From contig NIVC01003117.1 of NCBI GenBank assembly GCA_002269645.1, forward strand, positions 1 to 49,039: a stretch of 49,039 nt of DNA, written 5' to 3'. Shown piece after piece: positions 12,790 to 26,400 of this stretch; the stretch's first letter is position 1, and each line of letters starts with the position of its first letter. The DNA comes from Macrostomum lignano (lineage: Eukaryota). The notes beneath the pieces are model-generated. The model saw only the letters and a list, made by a program, of their open reading frames with translations, had not been told where the DNA came from and did not search any database. The position numbers and the translations under genes were made by a program.

Positions 12790-14090
12790 GTGTGGGATCC
12801 AGTGTGGGACTTCAGTGTTGGATCCAATGTGGGACTACAGTGTGGGACTTCAGTGTTGGATCCAATGTGGGACTACAGTGTGGGACTTCAGTGTTGGACT
12901 CCAATGTGGGACTACAGTGTGGGACTTCAGTGTGGGACTCCAGTGTGAGACTTTAGTGTGGGACTCCAGTGTGAGACTTCAGTGTAGGATCCAGTGTGGG
13001 ACTTCAATGTGGGATCCAGTGCGGAACTCCAGTGTGGGACTCCAGTGTGGGATCCAATGTTGGACTCCAGTGTGGGACTTCAGTGTGGGACTCCAGTGTT
13101 GGATCTAATGTGGGACTCCAGTGTTGGATCCAATGTTGGACTCCAGTGTGGGACTTCAGTGTGGGACTCCAGTGTGAGACTTTAGTGTGGGACTCCAGTG
13201 TGAGACTTCAGTGTGGGATCCAGTGTGGGACTTCAATGTGGGATCCAGTGCGGAACTCCAGTGTGGGACTCCAGTGTGGGATCCAATGTTGGACTCCAGT
13301 GTGGGACTTCAGTGTGGGACTCCAGTGTTGGATCTAATGTAGGACTCCAGTGTTGGATCCAATGTGGGACTCCAGTGTTGGATCCAATGTGGGACTCCAG
13401 TGTGGGATCCAATGTGGGACTCCAGTGTGAGACTTCAGTGTGGGATCCAGTGTGGGACTTCAATGTGGGATCCAGTGCGGAACTCCAGTGTGGGACTCCA
13501 GTGTGGGATCCAATGTGGGACTCCAGTGTTGGATCCAATGTGGGACTCCAGTGTGGGACGCCAGTGTGGGACGATAGTGTGGGACTCCAGTGTGGGACTC
13601 CAGTGTGGGACTTCAGTGTGGGACTTCAGTGTGGGACTCCAGTGTGGGATCCAGTGTGGGACTCCAGTGTGGGATCCAGTGTGGGACTCCAGTGTGGGAT
13701 CCAATGAGGAACTCCAGTGTGGGATCCAGTGTGGGACTCCAGTGTGGGATCCAGTGTGGGACTTCAGTGTGGGACTCCAGTGTGGGATCCAGTGTGGGAC
13801 TCCAGTGTGGGATTCCAGTGAGGGATCCAGTGTGGGATCCAATGTGGGACTCCAGTGTGGGATCCAGTGTGGGACTCCAGTGTGGGATCCAGTGTGGGAC
13901 TCCAATGTGGGATCCAGTGTGGGACTCCAGTGTGGGATCCAATGTGGGACTCCAGTGTGGGATTCCAGTGAGGGATCCAGTGTGGGATCCAATGTGGGAC
14001 TCCAGTGTGAGACTTCGGTGTGGGATCCAATGTGGGACTCCAGTATGGGATCCAATGTGGGACTTCGGTGTAGGACTTCAGTGTGGGACT
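12790..14090. repeat. Minisatellite, 12/13-bp units (ccagtgtgggact, tcagtgtgggact, ccaatgtgggact, ccagtgtgggat), about 100 copies
   Basis: Directly visible; explains all the VGLQCG/WDSSV ORFs in the track. Confidence 0.97.
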
Positions 14091-15134
14091 TAAATATTTT
14101 AATCTGTGTCAACTTGAATAGAGTCTTTGTTTTCTCTGACTGTATTCTGCTCTTTGTTGCTCTATCCTTCAATAAAATATTACGCAACCCTCGTAACCAT
14201 TCGCCTGAACCGTGACACACTGACCTCCCGATTGCTCCAAGTCAGTGCTTTGACACGGGAGCCGCATCAGGGACTGGGGTTCAAATGCGGATTTATTTAA
14301 ACAAAAATTGAATTCAGACAAAAAAAATACGCCGACAAAGACCCTATTATTGAAACAACCCTGAGCCTTCAGCAAATATTGAATGGCAGAGATGAAAATC
14401 GACAGGCTTTGCTGCCTACCTGGAAAACACGAGGAAAACTATGAGACTTCCCGAAAGAATCAAGTCTGCAATCCTCAACGCCGATTGTGTCAATAAAAAA
14501 ACTCCCCTTACCAAATTTGGTTAGCAACTAGATAGGAAAAAATTGCAGCTCTACTCTCAAACTCTGGAGATGGTCAGGGGGGAAGGGGGCATCTAATCCC
14601 GGTGCAAATCGAGCTGCTCACTCTGGCATGGGCCTGTCTCTCCTCTAGAGGGATTATGGCCTAAGAGAGCCTCCCGTATGTGTTCGAGCCGTGGGCACTC
14701 GAGCCTTTTTTCGTCGGGAATAATGGAATAGCTTTAATGAGACCGGCAAAGGGGGGGAGTTGCGCGGCTGACCAGCAGACGGATGGGTCACTTGGGGATG
14801 GGGAGAAACGGGAGGCGGGAGATTGGGAAGAGGGGGAATAAAAATTGGCGAATGAGTCAGCCCCGGCTTTCCTATTAGAAGATCTCGCAGCAGCAAAGTC
14901 TGCCTTCTCTGAGACGCCAGACAGCCAGAACCCATTCCAGTATTTGTGAACTGTCTGTGGCGGCTGGATTTCTTTAGCAAACAAACGGATTGGCCAGATG
15001 CATTCGCTTAAATTGGATTATAAAAGACAGTTTGGGAATCTGAGATTTATGAGATGGTTACTCATTGGCTTTCCTTGAATTGGAAATTCGCTATAGAGGG
15101 CTGGATGACAACAAAGCCATTCTGATTGTTAGTC

Positions 15135-17917
15135 GCATGCAGGTTGAGCCATAGACAGCGCACCGTTTGGACCATAGACAGCTCGCAGGTTGGACCATAG
15201 ACAACACACAGGTTGGACCATAGACAGCTCGCAGATTGGACCATACACAACACAACACACAGGTTGGACCATACACAACACGCAAGTTGGACCATACACA
15301 ACACACAAGTTGGACCATACACAACACGCAAGTTGGACCATAGACAACACACAAGTTGGACCATAGACAGCTCGCAGGTTGAACCATAGACAGCTCGCAG
15401 GTTGGACCATACACAACACAACACACAGGTTGGACCATACACAACACGCAAGTTGGACCATACACAACACGCAAGTTGGACCATACACAACACGCAAGTT
15501 GGACCATACACAACACGCAAGCTGGACCATACACAACACACAAGTTGGACCATACACAACACGCAAGTTGGACCATAGACAACACACAAGTTGGACCATA
15601 GACAGCTCGCAGGTTGAACCATAGACAGCTCGCAGGTTGGACCATACACAACACAACACACAGGTTGGACCATACACAACACGCAAGTTGGACCATACAC
15701 AACACGCAAGTTGGACCATACACAACACGCAAGTTGGACCATACACAACACGCAAGTTGGACCATACACAACACGCAAGTTGGACCATAGACAATACACA
15801 AGTTGGACCATAGACAGCTCGCAGGTTGAACCATAGACAGCTCGCAGGTTGGACCATACACAACACGCAAGTTGGACCATGGACAACACACAAGTTGGAC
15901 CATAGACAGCTCGCAGGTTGAACCATAGACAGCTCGCAGGTTGGACCATAGACAGCTCGCAGATTGGACCATACACAACACAACACACAGGTTGGACCAT
16001 ACACAACACGCAAGTTGGACCATACACAACACGCAAGTTGGACCATACACAACACAACACACAGGTTGGACCATACACAACACGCAAGTTGGACCATACA
16101 CAACACGCAAGCTGGACCATACACAACACACAAGTTGGACCATACACAACACGCAAGTTGGACCATAGACAACACACAAGTTGGACCATAGACAGCTCGC
16201 AGGTTGAACCATAGACAGCTCGCAGGTTGGACCATACACAACACAACACACAGGTTGGACCATGGACAACACACAAGTTGGACCATAGACAACACACAAG
16301 TTGGACCATACACAACACGCAAGTTGGACCATACACAACACGCAAGTTGGACCATACACAACACGCAAGTTGGACCATAGACAATACACAAGTTGGACCA
16401 TAGACAGCTCGCAGGTTGAACCATAGACAGCTCGCAGGTTGGACCATACACAACACGCAAGTTGGACCATGGACAACACACAAGTTGGACCATAGACAGC
16501 TCGCAGGTTGAACCATAGACAGCTCGCAGGTTGGACCATAGACAGCTCGCAGGTTGGACCATACACAACACGCAAGTTGGACCATACACAACACGCAAGT
16601 TGGACCATACACAACACGCAAGTTGGACCATACACAACACGCAAGTTGGACCATACACAACACGCAAGTTGGACCATACACAACACGCAAGTTGGACCAT
16701 ACACAACACACAAGTTGGACCATACACAACACGCAAGTTGGACCATAGACAACACACAAGTTGGACCATAGACAGCTCGCAGGTTGAACCATAGACAGCT
16801 CGCAGGTTGAACCATACACAACACGCAAGTTGGACCATGGACAACACACAAGTTGGACCATAGACAGCTCGCAGGTTGGATCATAGACAGCTCGCAGATT
16901 GGACCATACACAACACAACACACAGGTTGGACCATACACAACACGCAAGTTGGACCATACACAACACGCAAGTTGGACCATACACAACACGCAAGTTGGA
17001 CCATACACAACACGCAAGTTGGACCATAGACAACACACAAGTTGGACCATAGACAGCTCGCAGGTTGAACCATAGAAAGCTCGCAGGTTGGACCATAGAC
17101 AGCTCGCAGATTGGACCATACACAACACAACACACAGGTTGGACCATACACAACACGCAAGTTGGACCATACACAACACGCAAGTTGGACCATAGACAAC
17201 ACACAAGTTGGACCATAGACAGCTCGCAGGTTGAACCATAGACAGCTCGCAGGTTGGACCATACACAACACGCAAGTTGGACCATGGACAACACACAAGT
17301 TGGACCATAGACAGCTCGCAGGTTGAACCATAGACAGCTCGCAGATTGGGCCATACACAACACAACACGCAAGTTGGACCATACACAACACACAGGTTGG
17401 ACCATACACAACACGCAAGTTGGACCATACACAACACGCAAGTTGGACCATAGACAACACACAGGTTGGACCATACACAACACGCAAGTTGGACCATACA
17501 CAACACGCAAGTTGGACCATAGACAACACACAAGTTGGACCATAGACAGCTCGCAGGTTGAACCATAGACAGCTCGCAGGTTGGACCATACACAACACGC
17601 AAGTTGGACCATGGACAACACACAAGTTGGACCATAGACAGCTCGCAGGTTGAACCATAGACAGATCGCAGGTTGGACCATACACAACACGCAAGTTGGA
17701 CCATGGACAACACACAAGTTGGACCATAGACAGCTCGCAGGTTGAACCATAGACAGATCGCAGGTTGGACCATACACAACACGCAAGTTGGACCATGGAC
17801 AACACACAAGTTGGACCATAGACAGCTCGCAGGTTGAACCATAGACAGATCGCAGGTTGGACCATACACAACACGCAAGTTGGACCATAGACAACACACA
17901 GGTTGGACCATAGACAA
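15135..17917. repeat. Large minisatellite, 23-bp unit ttggaccatacacaacacgcaag plus variants, about 120 copies
   Basis: Tandem 23-mers with recurrent variants (…tagacagctcgcagg, ttgaacc…, a 28-bp acaac insertion form); explains the 997/927/572-aa ORFs. Confidence 0.98.
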
Positions 17918-19033
17918 TCCCTGTGAATTCGACTGCCAAGGCTTGGAATAGGCCAAATTAATGTACACTGCGCGTTGGAGATTGACCCTCATGGGGGTCG
18001 TCGCAGACTGAATTTCCGTGCAAGAAATCCAAATCCCTAATGTGGCTGAATGCAAGCGGAGTCGAACTCAGGCCCAAACCCCCACAAGAGAGCCAAATTT
18101 TTCAATAAAAATTTAAATTATTTCTGCCATCTTCGCCTTCTGGCACTGCAACTGGCGACTTTTCACTGTCGCAAAGTCAATTCTCCAGGGTTAAAGATAA
18201 CTTCGAGGCAATTGCATTGGCTAGAAATTTGCATATAATATTATTTTATGCTTATTTTTTGACAAATCGAAATTCCAACAGTGCAAATCATCTGGGGATT
18301 TCTTTGCTCTCAAGGCAACTTTATCACCTGACTGCCCCATGCCCCTGTTGGTTAATTAATTTTTTTGACATCGATCCTCGATATGCGTCAGCCTTTGGCG
18401 ACTTTAGAAACTTGATGCCTGCATTCATAGCTCCAGATGCTTCATCATAGAGCCTGGCAGATTTTGTAAAGAGCAAGCCTGTCCCCTCTTGGGCAGTGCA
18501 GCTTTTAAAAGCAGCTCTGGGATCTGGCCTATGGAATCTTTCAGCGCTTTTTTCTGCGCATTTTTCCGGCTTGACTGCAACAGGGTAAAAGTGTGAATAA
18601 TGGCCCGGGCTCTCCCCACAAAGTGGCCACTCTGGGTTGGAAAAGTGGGAGCTTTTGGTCAAAGAGGAGGATTTTTATTGCTCAAGTCGTTTCCCGCTTT
18701 TTGTTGCTTTCAGAGAAAGTGGCGCTCGCTGGCCCCCACTAAATGCATGGCATGGTCAACAACACAGGGGCATGCCAAACAGCTGCTGATACAGCAGTTG
18801 CACAAGTGGAGTTTAACTGTTTCATATGCGGTGCAGTCGCTTCCAATCTAGACCTTATGGCTATAATGGAGTCCAGCATAGAGTGGCATAAATAGCTGTC
18901 GTTTACCATGGGGCTACCATGGGGCTTCTTCCGTCACAATTTTATTTGAAATGTTTCCATGAAATTGAAGCGCAGACTGTTCCCATTCTGTATCTTTACA
19001 AAATATACAAAATCTCGATTTTGAAATTCCACA

Positions 19034-19795
19034 GAAGGTCCCGAAGGTCCCGAAGGTCCTGAAGGTCCCGAAGGTCCCGAAGGTCCCGAAGGTCCCGAAG
19101 GTCCTGAAGGTTCCGAAGGTCCCGAAGGTCCCGAAGGCCCCGAAGGTTCCGAAGGCCCCGAAGGTTCCGAAGGTCCCAAAGGTCCTGAAGGTCCCGAAGG
19201 TCCCGAAGGTCCCGAAGGCCCCGAAGGTTCCGAAGGCCCCGAAGGTCCCGAAGGTCCCGAAGGTCCCGAAGGTCCCGAAGGTCCCGAAGGTCCCGAAGGT
19301 CCCGAAGGTCCCGAAGGTCCCGAAGGTCCCGAAGGTCCCGAAGGTCCCGAAGGTCCCGAAGGTCCCGAAGGCCCCGAAGGTCCCGAAGGTCCCGAAGGTC
19401 CCGAAGGTCCCGAAGGTCCCGAAGGTCCTGAAGGTTCCGAAGGTCCCGAAGGTCCCGAAGGCCCCGAAGGTTCCGAAGGCCCCGAAGGTCCCGAAGGTCC
19501 CGAAGGTCCTGAAGGTCCCGAAGGTCCCGAAGGTCCCGAAGGCCCCGAAGGTTCCGAAGGCCCCGAAGGTCCCGAAGGTCCCGAAGGTCCCGAAGGTCCC
19601 GAAGGTCCCGAAGGTCCCGAAGGTCCCGAAGGTCCCGAAGGTCCCGAAGGTCCCGAAGGTCCCGAAGGTCCCGAAGGTCCCGAAGGTCCCGAAGGTCCCG
19701 AAGGTCCCGAAGGTCCCGAAGGTCCCGAAGGTCCCGAAGGTCCCGAAGGTCCCGAAGGTCCCGAAGGTCCCGAAGGTCCCGAAGGTCCCGAAGGT
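19034..19795. repeat. 9-bp tandem repeat ggtcccgaa, 84 units, no indels
   Basis: The frame is preserved from ggt at 19037 to ggt at 19793. The right third is homogeneous; variants ggc, cct, tcc and aaa occur in the left part. Confidence 0.98.
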
Positions 19796-22700
19796 TAAAA
19801 TATTCAATAAAACTTACAGACTACATCTATGGTCGTGTAAAACTGTTCTCGTTACCTCTCGAAATTCGTGAAAATAATCAATCTGCAGTGTAGATACGAA
19901 GCAATAAAACGCAACTGATTGTAATTAGTTTCATTTGTTGTAATTTCCGAACTCACCTCATGCATGAATGGAAGCCAATATATTCTATACTGACAAAGCC
20001 GGTCACGCAGTGCTGCTGGCGGGCTTTCGTGTTCCGCTCACAGCGCCGGCCCAGCTGATGCTATGCAGCCAAAATTCGCACGGTCCCATGTGGGTGGAGG
20101 AATTAAGAAGGTGCGCTGCAACAGGGATCGGGGGGGGGGGGCGAACATGCCTGAAGCCCGGTGGGATAAGTGTCTATAGAATTAGTCTGGCTTCTACCCC
20201 TCCCATCGCCAAAATTGCTTTTTGCTCGGGCTAGCTAGATAGTCTCCTATGCTTTTATAGAGCCATTATTTTACTGAAGCCATTTATTAGTGAATATTCT
20301 GCGGTTAGAGCAGAACAAAGCTCCGAAAAGGAAGCCGGCTTGTCAAGGTCAAGTGTGGTTTCCCAGTTTTTTTGAGTGGATTTTGTGGTTGGGGTCTCCA
20401 ATTGTCAACAGAACGGGGGAGGGAAGAGCAGTGACAGGCCCATGTCTCCCCTATCACTTTGACAAGAAAGACTTCATCTCAGTTCTAAAGGTTTTAGTTT
20501 TAAACGCTGCCATGTCTGTAACTTGAAATTACGAATTCAGCAAAAAAAGTGCGTTGCGACGTTCTGTCTTATAGCTTAAACGAAATTGGGTATCGGTGAC
20601 GCTAAACTGTCACACAGCACTGGTCAACTTATAAAAGAAATACACTGGGGAAGCGCATTCAACGCTCCGGTAGCCATGTGACAAACAATGGTAGAGAAAC
20701 AGAGACAGACGAGACAGTTAAATAACTTCCGATGACATATTGCGCTCACCTTGACATCATTGAAGACTCAATTGAGGAAGCTTGTCTTGCTCCACTGATC
20801 CCCATTCTTGGGATACGAGCAATTTGCATCCCCACCGGCAGTTTCTTACTCAGCTGGGAGCCTGACTCTCTCGCTCTCTCTCTCTTTTAGCTGATTCATC
20901 CAGCAGGACATCTCTCATTAATCACGAACAAGTGGGCCTCCCATTCCCAGGAATCTGGGACTTCAAAACTTTTTTTCAAAGAAGTCCTCACGATCACCAA
21001 CCTTACCTACCCCTAGAGTTGCATGGATTTTTTATCTCTGCAATTTGGGGTTGGGCGGTTGGGCTGGCCTTATTCAATTAGACATGGCTTAAGCTATAGT
21101 CACGCTTCACGCTTCTCTCGGTCTCAGGTTGAAAAAAGGGATATAATTTATCAGGATGTGAGAGACTCCTATCTCGTACTAATCTGGGCCTCTGTATAAG
21201 GATAATTTCAGGTAGAGAGCTTCTTTTCCTCCCTGTCAATTGCAGTCCGAGGCGGAGCAAGTCTCAACCAGATTGGGCGTCCTCATTTTCGTCCTCTATC
21301 GATACAAATCTAGTAGGCATCTGTTGGTGATTTTTGCAGATTTTTTCCACACGATTCTCCCCCTTCACTCCACATTTTTCTGAGATTCCACAAAGTCTGC
21401 AGCGCAGCTTTCTTTCCGCCGCCAGTTGGTCTGCATTTGGATCATTTCGCAGCTATTTTCCTTCGATCTCTGGCCGCATCGCTCTGGCCGGAAGGAGGAA
21501 CAGGTTAGGCCAAACTCTCAGGTGGATGAGGGCATGCCAGACTGCTTGGGGCCTGGGGAGGAGGCAATTCGTTCGAAGAAGCGAGAATTGCTGCACCAGC
21601 TGAAACGCCGCAATCCGGATGGGGATTTTTTGCTTTTAAACCGTCTGGCGCGCTTTTGCCCACGTCGGGAGGGGGGACTCGGATGGGAGAATATCCCCAC
21701 AGGATTTTTTCCTTAACTTTATAAAAAACATTCCAGCCCGAGTTGGGAGAAATCTGGGCAACGATGAGGCAGGGAGCCTGGGGGCGGGGTGTTGGGGCGG
21801 TATATACGCCAGTTTGGGTCTGTCAGCAAACAGGGTCCGAACGTAATATTCTGAAATCGGTTTCTTGGCTGGTCTTGTTTCTACTAAAAGCAGAGCGCCC
21901 CCAGCAAGATGATTGGGCCTTTAGGTAGAAATATGTTATGACCTGGGGTTATTGGGCCACATTTAAATCTCGAAGTAGACCTCGTAATCGGTTACGGGTA
22001 AGATTAATCAGAGCTAATTGTTGCATAGAAGACAAATGCAGCAACCTTGCAGATCATGTCATTTTTCTGTTGAAACTTACAGTCATGTTAAATATATTTA
22101 CCTTACCATACTACTGAGTGGTAGTCTAGGCAGGTATGCATGTCGGATGCGAATAGTTGTGTCTTTTCAGGAGAAAATAACAATGAACACTTAAATTCTA
22201 TAAAGAAACGTTTATAATGTGTTTAAATGTGTTTTAATGAAGTTAAATGTTATTTATCTGACTTTAACAATGCTCCTTTTCATTCACCAATTTGAATTCG
22301 AATTTTTAACCAATAAAACTCCGTGATTGCCGCGCGCCCAGAAGCTGACGCGCCCAAAAAGGTTCCAAAAATATTTGCTACGAACTTGTCTTTCTAAGAC
22401 AGATGCGATACATCCCATAATGAGAAAAAAACGTTTTCAGGTTTGGAGCGAGAAAGCTGTTTTCTTCTAATGGAGTAGTCAGGATTCTTATCTTGGAGGG
22501 AGGGGGGTCTCTTTGTAGCATAATTACCATCTTTAAATACCTCTTCTGCCTATGTGGTAAGAGTTAAAATTAAATTAGAATAAATTTGAATTAGATAAAA
22601 ATTAATATGAAAAGTTACGATTTAAAGTTTTAATGCTACTGTTTAGTTCTGTCTCTTAAATGTAGCCTTCACGGTATAGATCTTGTTTTACATATTACGC

Positions 22701-23497
22701 TCGCAGTTTTACAGTCAGCAACCGAGGAAACGAATGAAGAGCAATTTAAAAATCGATGAAATTTTTTTCGTCGCGCGCATTTCATGAACATGTGTTACTT
22801 AGTTGGGTAGTATAGAATGCACTTTTTATTTATAATTAGCGAAAAAGAAAGGATAGGAAAGGAGAGCCTGGCTGTACGCCCAAGCGCGCCTGTACACCCA
22901 GCTGGGGGACTAGGGTGTGAAAAGGAGGGGTAAGGGGTTGGGAGACCTTGGAACTCTCCTCCTTCCTACACTCGCGGCGGGGGCAAGGAATTTCAGCATG
23001 ACCCACGCGCGAGTAAAGTAGAAGCCCATCTGAATTCAAGTGATGCCCGTAGTGTACATACGGTTTGTCCTGAATGTACACAGTTAACCCCACGATTCTC
23101 TCCCCCACCTTAAACAGAAATGTACATATGAGATCGCGTTCCGCTTTCGGACGGCCCGCCACCCCTTCAAAAACCCTTGCTTCTATTCCGCGGCGGCGAT
23201 TTCAGCTTAAAGTAAAGCCTTAGCAGTTCAGGACGGCTTTACTAAGTCCATCCAAGCTTTAACTCGTTTTTTCGCTGCTTTCTTTGCAAACTAGAAGGAA
23301 ACGTTTAGTAACGGCTTTCAATTGAGAAGTGAGTGAGGCTATTAGTCATTTGCCTTTTTTTAACAGGAGAAATCTATCTCAACGGCTTGAATCTGTTTTT
23401 ATTATAGCAAGAAAAATAAGAAAATGTCCTGGTAACCTCGGCCTAAGAGCTTCGACTATTAGTATTTGTTTGTATTTTTATTTTTGCTAGAAATTTG

Positions 23498-26400
23498 ATG
23501 GCAACAGAGCCGGACGTTAATAAAGCAGAGCTGGGAGCTGAGCATAGTCAACAAGGTCATAGCAGCAGCAACCAGGCAGCAACCGGAACCGGAACCGAGG
23601 CATCGCCAGCTAAGTCTCCAGCGAAGCAGACCCGCTTTCAAATCAGTGAGCCTACTCTGTACCTCCATCATTTATTCATAACCTAATTTTTATTTGAACA
23701 ATCCACTTCGCCATCTTAGTCTAGAGAAGGTACTTCTCAATCTCAAGTAAAGTAGTCTATTAATAGCTTATTCGTTGGCTGATAGTCTGAGAAGCGGGTT
23801 TATCAGTACAGCAGAGCTGGCGGGGAGGCGGAGAGGAAAGACAAGGTGAGGGGGTGGGCGTGAGAGAACTGCCCAGGCCCTGTTCGAACATAAATGTGCC
23901 AGCAGCAACACCCTGCCTCTCTACATCTCCTGCTCCTAAAAGCTTATAGGCTAGAGCCCACTGGTTAAATCGACATATTATATATATATTGCTAATATTT
24001 CTTCTGCAGAAGTAGTCAATACTAGTTGCGAGCATCGGAGGAGCGGTTCCATTGAGCCTACTGCTGCTACTAAAAGCGGTACAGCAGCAGCGGACGGCCG
24101 AAGCCGCAGTATTGGAAGCCGCTGCACCAGTCAGCCGCCAACGCCAAAGATGCCAGGCTGCAGTAGGCCAATCCTGCTTGGCCTCTGCGCCATGGCTAAG
24201 AAGGTCAAGTCCAAGCCCATGACGGCTATTCTAACTCGGTTATGCAGATTCCCCTATATTCGACTCATTATATTCGAAGAGTCTGTCATACTCAACTCGG
24301 AGATTGAGGATTGGCCGGTGGTCGACGCGTTAATCTCGTTTTATTCGAACGGATTTCCGTTGGATAAAGCTATCAGGTTAGATAGCTGTTGTTTTACTAA
24401 TTTCGATTTCTTTGATTTCCTGGAACCCACCACCTCACTTCCTTACCCTAGAAGTAGAACCCACTACCTCACTCCCTTACGCTAGAACTCGCCACCTCAC
24501 TCCCTTACCCTAAAAACCACCTCACTCCCTTACCCTAGAATCCACTACCTCACTCGCTTACCCTAGAACCCACCACCTGACTCCCTTACCCTAGAACCCA
24601 CTACCTCACTCGCTTACCCTAAAACCCGCCACCTCACTCCCTTACCCTAGAACCCACCATCTGACTCCCTTACCCTAGAACCCACTACCTCACTCGCTTA
24701 CCCTAAAAACCACCACCTCACTCCCTTCTTACCCTAGAACCCACCACCTGACTCCCTTACCCTAGAACCCACTACCTCACTCGCTTACCCTAAAAACCAC
24801 CACCTCACTCCCTTCTTACCCTAGAACCCACCACCTGACTCCCTTACCCTAGAACCCACTACCTCACTCGCTTACCCTAAAACCCGCCACCTCACTCCCT
24901 TACCCTAGAACCCACTACCTAACTCGCTTACCCTAGAACCCACCACCTGACTCCCTTACCCTAGAACCCACTACCTCACTCGCTTACCCTAAAACCCGCC
25001 ACCTCACTCCCTTACCCTAGAACCCACTACCTAACTCGCTTACCCTAGAACCCACCACCTGACTCCCTTACCCTAGAACCCACTACCTCACTCGCTTACC
25101 CTAAAACCCGCCACCTCACTCCCTTACCCTAGAACCCACTACCTAACTCGCTTACCCTAGAACCCACCACCTGACTCCCTTACCCTAGAACCCACTACCT
25201 CACTCGCTTACCCTAGAACCCACTACCTCACTCGCTTACCCTAGAACCCACCACCCCACTCCCTTACCCTAGAACCCACCACCCCACTCCCTTACCCTAG
25301 AACCCGCCACCTCTCCCTTACCCTAGAACCCACCACATCACTCTCTTACCCTAGAACTTCGCTAATTATCCCAGGTACGCCGATTTGCACAAGCCCTATC
25401 TGGTTAACGATCTGCGCTCCCAATATATTCTAATGGACCGTCAGAAAGTTTACCGAGTGCTGCAAGAGCGCGACATACCGGTAGTTCGACACGCTGTTTA
25501 CAATTGGTCAGCAGAATCCGAGAGCTCAAGCCCCGGCTTAGTTGAACAGGACGACAGCATCTCGGTGAATGGCGTCGCCTTTCAGAAGCCGTTTGTTGAG
25601 AAGCCGCTGGACGCTGAGGATCACAATATTCATATTTATTTTCCCAGCTCAGCTGGAGGCGGTTCAGTTCGTCTGTTTCGCAAGATTGGCGACAGAAGCA
25701 GCACCTACCACAGCGACAGCCGGGTGCGCAACCACGGCAGCTACGTGTACGAGGACTTCATGGCTACGGATGGCACCGATGTGAAGGTTAGTTCCAATGG
25801 GATATTACTCGGATGTCTGCTCAACCCTACAATGGCTACTTACCTGCTTACCCATCTGAAGTTCTTATGCTTTTTAACCTTCCTACAATCTATCCTACAC
25901 CTATGTCCTATAAATGCCTACCTAACAACCCTACCTAATTGAAGTAAGAGTTAATTATCTGATAAACGGTCCTGCTTTCGGGTTTAAATTAATCTTATCT
26001 GGCACACAGGAATTTTGTTTTCACCCCAGCTAGGAACAGTATTCAATGCTCTATTGCCAACCAATAGAAGTGGATGAAGTTTGTAAATAATGCAATATCT
26101 TTGAGCCACTTTTTCGAGTGTCTTATTAAAAATGTAAGATGCCATGACTCTAGGAAGCAACATCCCATTGAAAACGTTACCGTGACATCCATATACTCGT
26201 ACTAAAATGGTTTGTCGGTTGGTATCTATCTTTCTATCAACTCAAGTAGACTAAATAAAGTTTTTATAAATGCGAAATTCAATTTTGATTCATAAAGTGA
26301 CGCTAATGTGGTTTACACGCAGCTCATTGATTCTACAGCGACTCTAGCGCGCCTCAGATACGACTCTACGGCCTCAGAGTCAAGTTATACAAGGCCCCTG

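Noticed and set aside
12716-14220. Overlapping WDSSVG/PHWIPH ORFs
   Set aside because: Products of the 12/13-bp minisatellite.
15062-18055. Very long Cys/Val-rich ORFs (997, 927, 572 and 352 aa)
   Set aside because: They are translations of the 23-bp array, which lacks stops on the minus strand; they are open in several frames at once and show no domain structure.
18324-18851. Possible decayed SWIM/MULE transposase fragment on the minus strand
   Set aside because: Needs several frameshifts to give a weak Cys/His pattern; not supportable without a profile search.
20762-20773. gaagactcaatt resembles part of a flatworm spliced-leader sequence as I recall it
   Set aside because: Only 12 nt, no following ATG-GT donor or Sm site, and the comparison is from memory.
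21334-23162. ORFs of 60-110 aa upstream of PPIP5K (and similar ones at 14654-14984)
   Set aside because: No recognisable motifs and no consistent splice framework.
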